DNA from: Planctomycetota bacterium
GTDB taxonomy: Bacteria > Planctomycetota > PLA2 > JAEUHO01
DNA length: 64,000 bases
Assembly (NCBI GenBank): GCA_965222115.1
Contig: CBDCTJ010000007.1
Coordinates: forward strand, 1,120,001 to 1,184,000
Direction of reading: 5' to 3'
The position numbers and the translations under genes are program-made. The first letter of the stretch is position 1. Each line of letters opens with the position of its first letter. Below, piece after piece: positions 1 to 9,855 of the stretch. Under the pieces are notes generated by a model. That model was not told where the DNA came from, searched no databases, and worked only from the letters and a program-made list of their open reading frames with translations.

Positions 1-1
1 C

Positions 2-427
2 GCCCGTCCACTTGTGTTCCACGCACATGTCCCAAAGCGGCCGATTGAGTTCCCACGACTCACCGCCATCGTCGGACCGAAACAAGCCGCCCGGTTCCGT
101 GCCAATCCATAGGCGTCCGGGGTTGGCGGCGAGCCCCGATTGAATGACCCAGTAGTAGCGCGCACTTTTGCCGGTGTCTTCCGGGTATTTGGGCGGCGTG
201 GCCTCGGTATACGACGCGCCATCGTCGGTGCTCTTCGCCAACTTGACGCCCCAGTGCCCATGATCGAGCGAGGCCCACACGGTCTTGGATCGCGGATCGC
301 GCATGGCATACGAAATGTTCTTACCGGCGAGCGCGGGATCTGACAGCGACCATTCGCCCGCTCGCTTGCGCGCTTCGAAAAGCCCCTTACGCGTGGCAAT
401 CAAGACGCGATCGTTGGTGGTCGACAT
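2..427 (-). CDS. WD40/YVTN/BNR (Asp-box) beta-propeller protein, sialidase-like; 3' end runs off the window
   Basis: Not in the ORF track because it has no stop in the window. Manual translation from ATG 427 gives MSTTNDRVLIATRKGLFEAR...KSTDDGASY...LWIGTEPGGLFRSDDGGESWE, with two Asp-box (SxDxGxS/TW) motifs. Confidence 0.8.
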   Translation of the reverse strand, partial: MSTTNDRVLIATRKGLFEARKRAGEWSLSDPALAGKNISYAMRDPRSKTVWASLDHGHWGVKLAKSTDDGASYTEATPPKYPEDTGKSARYYWVIQSGLAANPGRLWIGTEPGGLFRSDDGGESWELNRPLWDMCVEHKWTG

Positions 428-445
428 GTCTGCGCTCCTGGTGAG

Positions 446-718
446 CTATCCCCCCGATAGCGCTTGAAGGATATGCACAGTGGCGTCGGGGTGCAATGCG
501 TCGGACAACTGCTCGCGATCGCCTACCAGTTCACCGTCCACCCACAACGCAACATGTTTGCGAAGGCGCCCTTGCTCATCAACGATGTAGTACGTGAGCC
601 CGGGCCAATGCATATCGAGCGCGCGCACGAGTTCCGCAACGGTCGTTGCAACGATGTCACGGGTTTCGAGATCAGGAAAGAACTCGTTGAGATGACGCGT
701 GAAGTGAACTGTGGCCAT
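446..718 (-). CDS. MoaD/ThiS family ubiquitin-like protein
   Basis: 90 aa with beta-grasp-like pattern and C-terminal ALSGG di-glycine. Confidence 0.9.
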   Translation of the reverse strand: MATVHFTRHLNEFFPDLETRDIVATTVAELVRALDMHWPGLTYYIVDEQGRLRKHVALWVDGELVGDREQLSDALHPDATVHILQALSGG

Positions 719-739
719 CGCAACAATCTACCCAGCGTA

Positions 740-1927
740 CTAAATACGTTCAAATGGAGAGAACAGCCGTTCGTACTCGTCCTGGGCTTCGCGGTCGGTC
801 ATGCCCGCAATCTTGTCACAGAGCGCACGCTCCAGGCCCACGGTCTCGGCCCACGCGCGTTCTTCGAGTTCTAGCATGCGCGGATCCTTGCGGTAGGCGT
901 GGAAGATCTCTTCCAAAATGCGACGGGCCTTGCCGCCCATCTTCATGAGGCGAGGGTGGCAATAGAAGTGTTCATGCAAGTAGTGAGAGAGTCGGCGTTG
1001 CATACGATGCATGTCTTTGGAGAAGCCCACCAAGGGTGAGCCGTGGTCTTGCACATCGTCCGGCGAGGTCACGCCGCTCGCTTGAATGCGTGACCACGTG
1101 GCCTTGACCAAGTCGCTTACACCCACATCGATAATTTTCTTGACCGTGGCCAATGCCTGCAGTTTGTTGGCGAGGTTGGGTTCGTCGCGCACTGTTTGCT
1201 GCCAGTGCTCACGCCATATGTCTACGTCACATAGTTGGAGCGTGGTCACGACCCCGGACGCGACGCCGTCATCCAAGTCGTGAGCGAGGTAGGCCAAGCT
1301 GTCACACACGTCCACCAACTGCGCTTCCAGTGTGGGGCGGCGTCCAGCAGCAAAGCCCAAGCGCTCGGCGGGAACCGGACTGTGGCGCGCAAATGCCTCG
1401 CGTACTTCGTGGGAGAGATTGAGCCCCGGCCAACGCGGGTAGCGGCGCTCCAAAAGATCCACCACACGTAAGCCGTGTGCGTTGTGTTCAAAGCCGCCGT
1501 GATCCTGCATGAGGTCACGCAGGACGTACTCCCCCTTGTGTCCGAACGGGCCGTGACCCAAGTCGTGTGACAAGGCAATGGACTCGGTGAGATCTTCGTT
1601 GAGTCGTAGGGCACGCGCCGCCGTGCGTGCGATCTGTGCAACTTCTATCGTGTGCGTGAGGCGGGTGCGGTAGTAGTCGCCCTCGTGATTGACAAATACC
1701 TGCGTCTTGTACTCAAGCTTTCGAAACGCCGAAGCGTGAATGATGCGGTCGCGGTCGCGCATGAAAGCGGTGCGATAGGGGTGTGCGGGCTCGTCGTGAA
1801 TACGCCCACGGCTTTCACTCGCGCGCATGGCCCACGTTGCGAGCTGTTCTTCCTCGCGCTGTTCAATCTCCTCACGGGTCAGCATGGCGCTGGCTGTCGG
1901 CGATGTAGAGCGGTGAGAAGGGCGCAT
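740..1927 (-). CDS. dgt: Deoxyguanosinetriphosphate triphosphohydrolase (dGTPase, HD domain)
   Basis: Motifs RDRDRIIH, KTQVF, RTRLTHTIEV, HDLGHGPFGH, FEHN, IAGMTD. Start is 1927 or 1885. Confidence 0.93.
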   Translation of the reverse strand: MRPSHRSTSPTASAMLTREEIEQREEEQLATWAMRASESRGRIHDEPAHPYRTAFMRDRDRIIHASAFRKLEYKTQVFVNHEGDYYRTRLTHTIEVAQIARTAARALRLNEDLTESIALSHDLGHGPFGHKGEYVLRDLMQDHGGFEHNAHGLRVVDLLERRYPRWPGLNLSHEVREAFARHSPVPAERLGFAAGRRPTLEAQLVDVCDSLAYLAHDLDDGVASGVVTTLQLCDVDIWREHWQQTVRDEPNLANKLQALATVKKIIDVGVSDLVKATWSRIQASGVTSPDDVQDHGSPLVGFSKDMHRMQRRLSHYLHEHFYCHPRLMKMGGKARRILEEIFHAYRKDPRMLELEERAWAETVGLERALCDKIAGMTDREAQDEYERLFSPFERI

Positions 1928-2049
1928 GGATGATTCCCGCGACGTTTGTTGATCGGCAGTGTACGACGAACGCATTGGCGGTGGCGGCCCACCTGCGCGT
2001 CTCATTCTTGGATCGGCCAGTTGCGGCAGGTTCGCATAGGCTACCTCGC

Positions 2050-2508
2050 ATGAAAGCGCTGCTCCAACGCGTATGTCAGGCGGAAGTTCATGTTGGCCAC
2101 GACGTGGTGGGACGCATCGACCGCGGCCTGCTCGTACTTGTTTGTGTGGAGCGCGAAGATACGCTCGCCGACGTCCATGCGCTCGCGCGAAAGATTGCGC
2201 GGTTGCGCGTCTTTCCCGGGACGTCGCCCATGGATCAGAACGTCATTGACGTTGGTGGCGCGTGCTTGGTCGTGAGCCAGTTCACGCTGGCTGCCGAGAT
2301 GAATAAAGGCAACCGGCCAGGATTCTCGCGCGCCGCCGAACCGGAAAAGGCCAACGAAAGCTATGAATCGTTTTGTGAATCGCTGCGCGAACAGGGCGTG
2401 CCGGTGGAGACAGGGGTGTTTGGCGCGGCGATGCAGGTGCATCTCATCAACGATGGGCCGGTTACGTTGTGGCTCAACGTTCGTGACGGTAGGGTCTGCG
2501 CGCTATGA
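2050..2508 (+). CDS. dtd: D-aminoacyl-tRNA deacylase
   Basis: MKALLQRV, VSQFTL, KGNRPGF, TGVFGAAMQVHLINDGPVT. Confidence 0.95.
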   Translation: MKALLQRVCQAEVHVGHDVVGRIDRGLLVLVCVEREDTLADVHALARKIARLRVFPGTSPMDQNVIDVGGACLVVSQFTLAAEMNKGNRPGFSRAAEPEKANESYESFCESLREQGVPVETGVFGAAMQVHLINDGPVTLWLNVRDGRVCAL

Positions 2509-2696
2509 AGGGCGTCGAGCCAACGCCGCCTTCATACGACACAACGACGTCAAGTCATCAGGCGAGACAACGTCGTCGTCGTCGAAACGAACTGCTTGTG
2601 TTGGGAGTTATCGTTGTGCTTCTTGCCGGACTGATCTACATCGCCAGCAATGATGTGTGGGAATCTCTATTTTCCATTGAGAGCGAAAGCGAATAA
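2505..2696 (+). CDS. Small single-pass membrane protein
   Basis: ATGA overlap with the dtd stop. Basic stretch RRRRR followed by one hydrophobic helix. Confidence 0.6.
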   Translation: MKGVEPTPPSYDTTTSSHQARQRRRRRNELLVLGVIVVLLAGLIYIASNDVWESLFSIESESE

Positions 2697-3065
2697 GCCG
2701 GAGCCTCACTGCGAAAGGCCGCATGCATGCGTAAATGTGTCCCGTGTCCGGTGGGTAACGCAACCGACGATTTGTAGACTCAAGGGAACCTTCCTACCTG
2801 CGTGCGAAACTGCACAGTGAATGCTGATGCGTTGCCAATTTGCGCGGTGATTTTTTTGAACATAACGGCCCGTGGGCGACTTTTTAGGGATACAGGACTT
2901 CGGTCTCGTGCTCATTCCACGCGGGCTGCATCGACGTTTTGAAAGTATGAGTGGCGCGTTCATGCGAGTCGACCACCCGGTGTCGCTTCGGCCTCGGCTT
3001 TGCTTTTTGAACGCTGCGCATGGGCCGGGACGCCCCGCGCTTGATTGTGAGCCTAGTTCGCAGAG

Positions 3066-3959
3066 GTGGTTCGTATGTGGATACGTCGTAGTGAACTTAA
3101 ACGGGCACGAACGCGAGGATCGCGACAGGAACGGCGCAATCGACGCGCCTTCGATGCTTCCGCGTCTTCCAGTCAAGATTCGCGAACGAGAAACTCGCTC
3201 AAGAACAACACGGTTCGGGAGAGTGATCACCTGCTCGCGCTGGGGGCACACAGTCATGCCTTGCTCCGCGAGTACGGCACATTGTTTCAAAACATTTTGA
3301 TGCAGTGCCAGTCGGCGGTCGATGCGTATCACGACAACGCCGACAACCGTCCACAGGCGTATGTCGCCTCGCGCGGCTTAAGTGCCTCCGATGCGCGCCA
3401 AATAGAACGCATGGCACGTTACGGGGTGGAGCTCACGGAACGCCTTCGTCAGCATGCCGAACAACCCAGCACCGACCTTCGGCGTGTAGATCTCCGGCGT
3501 ATCGTCGATGAATCTCTCGCAGCAATTGACTACTTGTTTGGCAATAGTGTCCGCATGGATGTGCGCCACGACACATCGCCGCATGTGGTTCGGGCCACGC
3601 CGCATGCTCTGTGCCGCGTGATTACCACGTTGGCCGTACGCGGGGTCGAGCGCATGCCTCGTGGTGGTCGCCTCACCATGATCACGACAACCGAGGCCCA
3701 TCCCATGCGTGAACACGCACAGCCCGTGTGTGAGGCGCCAGCAGCATGCGCGCTCGATGCCGGAGCGTCCGCTTGGGTGTCACTGCGGGTCTTTGACTAC
3801 CCGGCCGCCGACGCGCCCTACGTGGCAACCGATTCCTCCACCATTCGCGGGGCCCTGCGTGCCGCGGCGCGGACCGTTCACAACTTTGGTGGCCGCATGG
3901 AGTTTATCCGTCGCAGTGAACGCATTGCCGGTGTGCGTGTGTTGTTGCCCACACAATAG
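3066..3959 (+). CDS. Degenerate histidine-kinase-like protein (HisKA plus HATPase fold, catalytic boxes lost)
   Basis: Segments resemble CckA/NtrB-type kinases (VDLRRIVDE...MPRGGRLTM), but H, N, G1, F and G2 boxes are substituted. Confidence 0.6.
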   Translation: MVRMWIRRSELKRARTRGSRQERRNRRAFDASASSSQDSRTRNSLKNNTVRESDHLLALGAHSHALLREYGTLFQNILMQCQSAVDAYHDNADNRPQAYVASRGLSASDARQIERMARYGVELTERLRQHAEQPSTDLRRVDLRRIVDESLAAIDYLFGNSVRMDVRHDTSPHVVRATPHALCRVITTLAVRGVERMPRGGRLTMITTTEAHPMREHAQPVCEAPAACALDAGASAWVSLRVFDYPAADAPYVATDSSTIRGALRAAARTVHNFGGRMEFIRRSERIAGVRVLLPTQ

Positions 3960-4102
3960 GCAACCCAACAGCCTTGGGCGAGCAGCGGTCACGACGGAAT
4001 CGCATTTGCAATTTCTTTGCCGCGTGATTCGTAACGTCTACGTAGCTTGGAGCCAAACCGCTGCGTGGGCGCTGGAAGACAAAGGCGGCACTTGCCGCCT
4101 CG

Positions 4103-6415
4103 TTGCCAGCGTCTTCCCGAGTGCGGCGTGGGGTAGATCTGTTGCTTCGTCGATGCCTTATCGCTTTTGCCGCGTGGATATTGGTGAGTGCGGCGATGCT
4201 GCTCGGCTTGGCGTCCGACGCCCACGCGGCCGGCTACCTCGTGCCCAATGCGACGTCGCGTCGAGGTGCCCGCAACTGGAAGATCACGCGCTTCGAATGG
4301 CGGACGTCGGTTGATCCCAAGGGGGCCCACCACGTGCTGCAGCTTCAGATTGCCAACGACTCCGACGCCGACATTGATTTGACATGGGCCTTCCCCCTTG
4401 ACGACGGCGTCAAGCAAGCCGGTGTGGGCATGTTGCGGGGACGGGAGCGCATCGACGGTGAGTTTGTCGAAGGCGAGGCACTTTGGGCCATTGTGCGCAA
4501 CGAGATCAAGGGACCACGTGGTGTGGATGTCATTCCCTATGTAGGACTTCCGCAAGTTCGTTTTAACGGACTCATCGTGAGTGCGCGTTCGTCGCGTGAG
4601 TTCACGCTTTCCTACTCCACGAACTTGATCGATGCTAGGCGCGGCCCGTCGATCAGCATGCCGACATCGCTCTCGATGCCCGGTGAGGTCCCCGTACGTG
4701 ATCGCTCCATCACGGTTCATTTCCATAGCACCGTGCACGTGCGCAACATCTTTAGTGTGAATGCAGAACTCGACATAAGCCAGGGTGGGTCTGGCAGCAC
4801 AACCGTCTCGGTATCCAGTTGGCCATCCGATCCCCGAGAACGAATTCGTATCCACTGGACGCAGTCACGCATGCCTGCCAGTTTCTCGCTACTGACATCG
4901 TGGCCCGAGGGTCAGCCCGCGGGCTACTTTGCGCTGCTTGGTTCGGCGGACGTGGATGCGCTTGGCGGTGAACATCAGCCGCAGGACATCATTTTCATCC
5001 TTGACGGGTCATCGTCATTGCGCGGGCCTGCCTTCGAACGAATTCGATCGGAGGTGAAGGCGCTCGTTCGTCGTTTGCCGTCTACGTGGCGAGCCAATGC
5101 CGTCGTATTTTCGTCCGCTTTACAGTGGACGTGGGAAAGCGCGCGTAAGTTGACGCCCGCAAACAAGCGTGAACTTCTTGCCGATTTGGCGCAACGCAAA
5201 CCCGAACGTGGATGCGAGCTCCACGGCGCGGTATGGGGCGCACTTACACGCGCTGTCGCCGGCGGACCCCGTCCGCAAACGATGATCTTGGTTACCGACG
5301 GTCGCCCCGCGTCACCGGCGCGATCGCTCCAACAGTTGATGGGACCGCTCATTCAATCGCGAAGCACGTGCGACATGCGCTTCTTTGCGCTTGGTTTGGG
5401 TATGGATGTGGACAGCGTGTGGTTGGATGCCCTCACCCTCGCTGGCGGCGGTGACACCACGTACATCGACCAGCCCGACGCAATTGAAGATGGCCTGCAA
5501 CGCGTCTTTGCTCGTGCTACCGAAACTCTGGGACGTCACATGCGTCTAGACCTCGCGCAGTTGGGCGCGACCCAAGTGATTCGACCGCCCCCCGCCATAG
5601 GTGATACGTCAGTCATTGCCGTGGGCCGCTTCGTGCGCTCTGGCGCGCGCAACATTTCCGTGTCGTTGGGCAGAGGTGACGATGCGACGACGTATCACGC
5701 GGCCGTCCTCGCCTGCAGCATGGGCGGGATGCAGTCCGATAACGCTGCGGAACGACTGTGGAAGGAGGCGCGCGCGGCCGAACTCATCGATGCGCTGCGT
5801 CGCGTGCCTCGAACTCAGGCCGATGCGGACACACGCGTCAACATGGCTTCGTCTCCGCGTGCACCCGAAGATGTGGCGCAGCGCCAGCGAACCATGGATG
5901 AGTTGGTGCGCTTGAGCGTTGCATCGGGCATTCTGACCGAGGCGACCGGGTTTCTTGAAGTGGATCGCATTGGTGATCCTGGAAGCTCTAAGCAGAATCG
6001 ATTGGCCGTGGCCGAGTGTATCCAAGCGCAAGCCAACACCCCCGTGGGGCGAAAGGCATGGGTCGTGGCGGCCGGAAATGCCGATCGACGACGCCATACA
6101 GTGCGCCGTCCCGAGTCGATTTGGGTGCTTGAAGATCCGGGACGCCGGGTCCGTCCGCACGCCGTTCGCAGCGTGCGTCGTCGTGGTGGGCGCATTCACT
6201 TTTTGCGCGACATCGCGGGGGACATGAGGTGGACGGACGGTAGCCACAGCACGATATCGCTACCGGATGAATTCGTGGTCCGCAACTCGACTCGATTCGC
6301 CAAACTCGTGCGCATGGCATCGCCGGAAGCACGTGAGCGCTTGGCGTTGCCCGACGAGGCCCTTGTTGTGGTCAACTCACCCGATGGTGAATTGCTGGTT
6401 CATGTCCGCGATTGA
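4103..6415 (+). CDS. Secreted VIT plus von Willebrand A domain protein
   Basis: Signal peptide ending AHA, VIT-like N-terminus (FPLDD), MIDAS DGSSS and VTDG, LGLGMDVD..LD.L. Confidence 0.8.
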   Translation: MPASSRVRRGVDLLLRRCLIAFAAWILVSAAMLLGLASDAHAAGYLVPNATSRRGARNWKITRFEWRTSVDPKGAHHVLQLQIANDSDADIDLTWAFPLDDGVKQAGVGMLRGRERIDGEFVEGEALWAIVRNEIKGPRGVDVIPYVGLPQVRFNGLIVSARSSREFTLSYSTNLIDARRGPSISMPTSLSMPGEVPVRDRSITVHFHSTVHVRNIFSVNAELDISQGGSGSTTVSVSSWPSDPRERIRIHWTQSRMPASFSLLTSWPEGQPAGYFALLGSADVDALGGEHQPQDIIFILDGSSSLRGPAFERIRSEVKALVRRLPSTWRANAVVFSSALQWTWESARKLTPANKRELLADLAQRKPERGCELHGAVWGALTRAVAGGPRPQTMILVTDGRPASPARSLQQLMGPLIQSRSTCDMRFFALGLGMDVDSVWLDALTLAGGGDTTYIDQPDAIEDGLQRVFARATETLGRHMRLDLAQLGATQVIRPPPAIGDTSVIAVGRFVRSGARNISVSLGRGDDATTYHAAVLACSMGGMQSDNAAERLWKEARAAELIDALRRVPRTQADADTRVNMASSPRAPEDVAQRQRTMDELVRLSVASGILTEATGFLEVDRIGDPGSSKQNRLAVAECIQAQANTPVGRKAWVVAAGNADRRRHTVRRPESIWVLEDPGRRVRPHAVRSVRRRGGRIHFLRDIAGDMRWTDGSHSTISLPDEFVVRNSTRFAKLVRMASPEARERLALPDEALVVVNSPDGELLVHVRD

Positions 6416-6501
6416 CACCATTTCGCCCGGAAGCCGTTGAGTCCAGTATCCTCAACGCTGAGGATTTCCTACACATTCGTAGTTCCTTTGGAGAGGCACG
6501 C

Positions 6502-7197
6502 ATGGCCGCGTCATCCCCCCGCATTTTGATTGTCGAAGACGAAGATGTACTTGCCCGAGGCATCTCGGAAGCACTGACGTTTCAGGGATTTGACTGCACC
6601 GTGAAAGGTGATGGCACGTCGGGCCTTGAAGCGGCGCTTCGCGGCCACTTTGACGTGATGGTGCTCGACATCATGTTGCCGGAAAAGAGCGGCTTCGATG
6701 TGATTGCGGAGATGCGAGCTGCGGGATGCCCCACACCCACCATCATGCTTACGGCCAAGGGCTCCGAAGAAGACAAGGTGCGGGGCCTGGAACTCGGCGC
6801 CGACGACTACATGACCAAGCCATTTGCGGTGCGCGAACTCGTGGCGCGTGTGGGCGCGCAGTTCCGTCGCACGCTTATGGACCGGGGCAGCGGCGAAAAG
6901 TTCTCGGCGAATGGCGTGGCATTTGACTTGGGTCGCCTCACGGTGACCCGCAACGGCGACGAGATTCCGCTCACCCCGCGAGAAGGCGATATTGTGAGTT
7001 ACCTGCGCAGCAAGCGCGGCAACATCGTTACGCGCGACGACTTTCTCTTGCACGTGTGGAAGTACCCCACGGCCAACGTGCAGACCCGGACGGTAGACAA
7101 CACGTTGGCGGCGCTCCGCAAGAAGGTCGAGGAGAATCCGGCCCGACCGGACTTGATTCTGACCGTACGGGGTAAGGGGTATCGATGGGGCGGGTAG
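6502..7197 (+). CDS. OmpR/PhoB-family response regulator
   Basis: ILIVEDE, VLDIMLP, LTAK, GADDYMTKPF, and winged-helix C-terminus TVRGKGY. Confidence 0.95.
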   Translation: MAASSPRILIVEDEDVLARGISEALTFQGFDCTVKGDGTSGLEAALRGHFDVMVLDIMLPEKSGFDVIAEMRAAGCPTPTIMLTAKGSEEDKVRGLELGADDYMTKPFAVRELVARVGAQFRRTLMDRGSGEKFSANGVAFDLGRLTVTRNGDEIPLTPREGDIVSYLRSKRGNIVTRDDFLLHVWKYPTANVQTRTVDNTLAALRKKVEENPARPDLILTVRGKGYRWGG

Positions 7198-9149
7198 GTC
7201 GCTCACGACTGCGCATGGGGCGGTGGTTGCCGCTCTTTGCGTTTCTCTTGTTGGCGCCTGCCGCAGGATTTTGTTATCTCGGGTGGCGCAGCGTACTTCA
7301 AGAAGATGCGATTCGTCACAAGACGATGCAAGATGAGTCCAGCGTTACATGCCTACGGCGCATACGCGCGCTCGTGAATGAACTTGAACGCATTCGAAAC
7401 GAACAATCCGACCGCCACTATTACGAGTGGCAGGATGAATACCTTTCCCAAGATGTTGTCTCCGACACATTGGCGTTTCAGATCACACAGTTGGCGGCGC
7501 CGCCCAAGAGTCCCATCATGGCGGGTTGGTTTCAATGGGAGCTCTTTCCAGAAGGACGCGTGTATGGCGACCTGGAGTGTTTTCCCCGCGAAGGCACCGT
7601 GCTAACGAGTGCGTGCCGTACGCCGAATGTGCATGACGCCATCTGTGAACTGTTGCGTGGACAGCTGCTTGCAGCACCGACGAATGTGGAGCTTGTCGGC
7701 GGGAATGCGTTGGTACGAGACTATGACCAGCGCATCGTCTTGGCCAACGAAGAGCGCGGCAAGATCCAAGAGGAAGTTGAACTGGTGCGGCGCTCGGGGC
7801 GGGTGTCTCGCGACATCAATCAGCAAAATCTTCAAAATGCCGGCAACAACGATTACGGCACCACGCCGTACTTGCGCGATTTTCGGGAGCGCATCGACCA
7901 AAGCAAAATCGGCGTGCGCTATACCCCCATGCGCTACTCGGTCATGAAACCTGAGGCGGCGCCGCTTGATTTGTTGGTGTGGCGCTTGGTGTGGATTCCC
8001 GCGGAACGGGGCGACGTCCGCATGGTACAGCATGATCGCTTTATGATTCAGGGATATGCGGTATCGCTGGGTGAAGCCGTACCACCAGCATGGGAAGCCG
8101 ACGGCAATGTGGAAGTGTCCATGCGAGGTTGGAAGCGTCCGGCGCTCGCGACGGGGACCATTCAACGGTCGGTGGTGGAGGAGTTGCCCATAGGCAGCGT
8201 TGCGACGCAGGACCCCTCTACGGTGAACGGACATCCCGTGCTCTCGTTGCTCGCGCGCCCCAACCCCTCCTACCTCACGCGCGCGTGGCAGAAGTCGCGC
8301 AATCGGTTTCTTTTGCTGGTGGGAGGCCTGCTTGGCGTTGTCGGCGTTGGCTTTTTTCTCCTAACGCGAGGACTGCGACGCGAGCGCGACATGGTGCAGC
8401 GCAAGGAAGACTTTGTGGCGGCCGTCACGCATGAACTCAAGACACCGCTGACGGGCATTCGTATGTATGCCGACATGTTGAAAGAAGGCTGGGTTGCGTC
8501 GCCAGAAATGGCAACAGACTACGCCGATCGCATTTTGGAGGAGTCCAAGCGCCTTGGCCTGCTTGTGGATCAAGTTCTCGATCTCGCAGCGCTCGAACGC
8601 GGCGTGGCCACGCTACGCGCGCAACCCGGGGATTTGGGTCCGGTGGTGTTGGCGGCCGCGGAAATGATGGAGGCCAAAGCCACGGAAGCGGGTGCCAATC
8701 TCAATACGACGATTGCTACACCCCTGCCGCCCGTGCTCATGGACCCTCAGCTTATCCGTCCGCTTGTTTTGAATCTGATCGACAACGCGATCAAGTATGG
8801 CAAAGGCAAGATCGAACACCGCATCGATGTATCGCTGCAACGCGAACGGGATGTGGTCGTCCTGCGCGTGTCGGATCGCGGCGAAGGCATGACGGCCGCC
8901 ACGCAGAAGACGTTGTTCATTCCGTTTCATCGCGCGGGCTCTGAGTTGACTCGAGGCGCACCGGGCGTGGGGATCGGCTTGGCACTCACCAAACGCTACG
9001 TTGATGCGCATCACGCCAAGATTCGTGTGCGAAGCACGCGAGGTGAGGGCACCACGATCATCGTGTCCTTCCCGATTCATGAGGGGCGCCCCAGTCGCGC
9101 GGGGGGCACCGCGCGCGCCGACGGCGATTCGCGTCCGCGTACTGCATGA
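7185..9149 (+). CDS. Membrane sensor histidine kinase
   Basis: Two TM helices flank a large extracytoplasmic domain. H-box VTHELKTPL, N-box NLIDNAIKY, DRGEG, GVGIGL. Confidence 0.93.
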   Translation: MGRVGRSRLRMGRWLPLFAFLLLAPAAGFCYLGWRSVLQEDAIRHKTMQDESSVTCLRRIRALVNELERIRNEQSDRHYYEWQDEYLSQDVVSDTLAFQITQLAAPPKSPIMAGWFQWELFPEGRVYGDLECFPREGTVLTSACRTPNVHDAICELLRGQLLAAPTNVELVGGNALVRDYDQRIVLANEERGKIQEEVELVRRSGRVSRDINQQNLQNAGNNDYGTTPYLRDFRERIDQSKIGVRYTPMRYSVMKPEAAPLDLLVWRLVWIPAERGDVRMVQHDRFMIQGYAVSLGEAVPPAWEADGNVEVSMRGWKRPALATGTIQRSVVEELPIGSVATQDPSTVNGHPVLSLLARPNPSYLTRAWQKSRNRFLLLVGGLLGVVGVGFFLLTRGLRRERDMVQRKEDFVAAVTHELKTPLTGIRMYADMLKEGWVASPEMATDYADRILEESKRLGLLVDQVLDLAALERGVATLRAQPGDLGPVVLAAAEMMEAKATEAGANLNTTIATPLPPVLMDPQLIRPLVLNLIDNAIKYGKGKIEHRIDVSLQRERDVVVLRVSDRGEGMTAATQKTLFIPFHRAGSELTRGAPGVGIGLALTKRYVDAHHAKIRVRSTRGEGTTIIVSFPIHEGRPSRAGGTARADGDSRPRTA

Positions 9150-9189
9150 TTGGCTTCGTGATATCGCCCACGCGGTAAACTCTTCCATC

Positions 9190-9819
9190 ATGTTCCTTGC
9201 GTCGCTGATGGACATCGAAAAGAAGATCTTGCACTGGATCACATGCGATTGGCATGTGCCGGGTTCTGCTTCCTTTTTGCGTTTCATTCAGTCCGAGAAG
9301 GTCGCCGTTCCGTTGTTTGTTGCGGCGCTTGTCTTCGTTTCATTGAAACGCCGTCACGATGTCCTGCGGTGCATCGCGGCCACGGCGTTGGGCCTCGGTG
9401 TGGGCGCCCTTGTAGGCATGCTTTGTTGGGCCACGGTGGATCGATTGCGTCCGCCGCATCATTACGATCAACTGCTTCGTACCGAAGCGGAACTGGCCAC
9501 GTGCGCCAGTTTTCCAGATGCGTTTCCCGTACGTAATGTTGTGTCCACGCGACCCTCGTTCCCCAGTCAACATGGCCTTACGATGGGCGGTCTCGTTATG
9601 GGGCTTTGGTTGTTGTCGCGCCGTATCGGTGTGGCCGCCCTCTTGTTTTCGTTGCTCGTCGCCTATGGACGTCTCTATCTCGGTCGACATTGGCCCACTG
9701 ACATGATTGCGGGCGCGGTGCTGGGTGCTGTGCCTACCTGGCTTTTCTGGCGACACGTGCCTGCGATCCACGGTTGGCTTGGAATTCGTCACTGGGTCGA
9801 ACCGCCCGGCCCGGGCTAG
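9190..9819 (+). CDS. PAP2-family phosphatase (undecaprenyl-diphosphatase-like)
   Basis: RLRP, SFPSQH, GRLYLGRHWPTD motifs with several TM segments. Confidence 0.85.
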   Translation: MFLASLMDIEKKILHWITCDWHVPGSASFLRFIQSEKVAVPLFVAALVFVSLKRRHDVLRCIAATALGLGVGALVGMLCWATVDRLRPPHHYDQLLRTEAELATCASFPDAFPVRNVVSTRPSFPSQHGLTMGGLVMGLWLLSRRIGVAALLFSLLVAYGRLYLGRHWPTDMIAGAVLGAVPTWLFWRHVPAIHGWLGIRHWVEPPGPG

Positions 9820-9855
9820 CCCGGACGATTCGCGTCAGTTCATGAATCGTCCGGG
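9820..9855. repeat. 36-bp inverted-repeat element related to the MITE ends at 59572-59811
   Basis: CCCGGACGATTC (9820-9831) and GAATCGTCCGGG (9844-9855) form a perfect 12-bp inverted repeat directly after CTAG at 9816-9819. Confidence 0.7.

Noticed and set aside
740-1927. dGTPase as an antiphage defence gene
   Set aside because: Short housekeeping-type sequence beside dtd, with no defence-island context.
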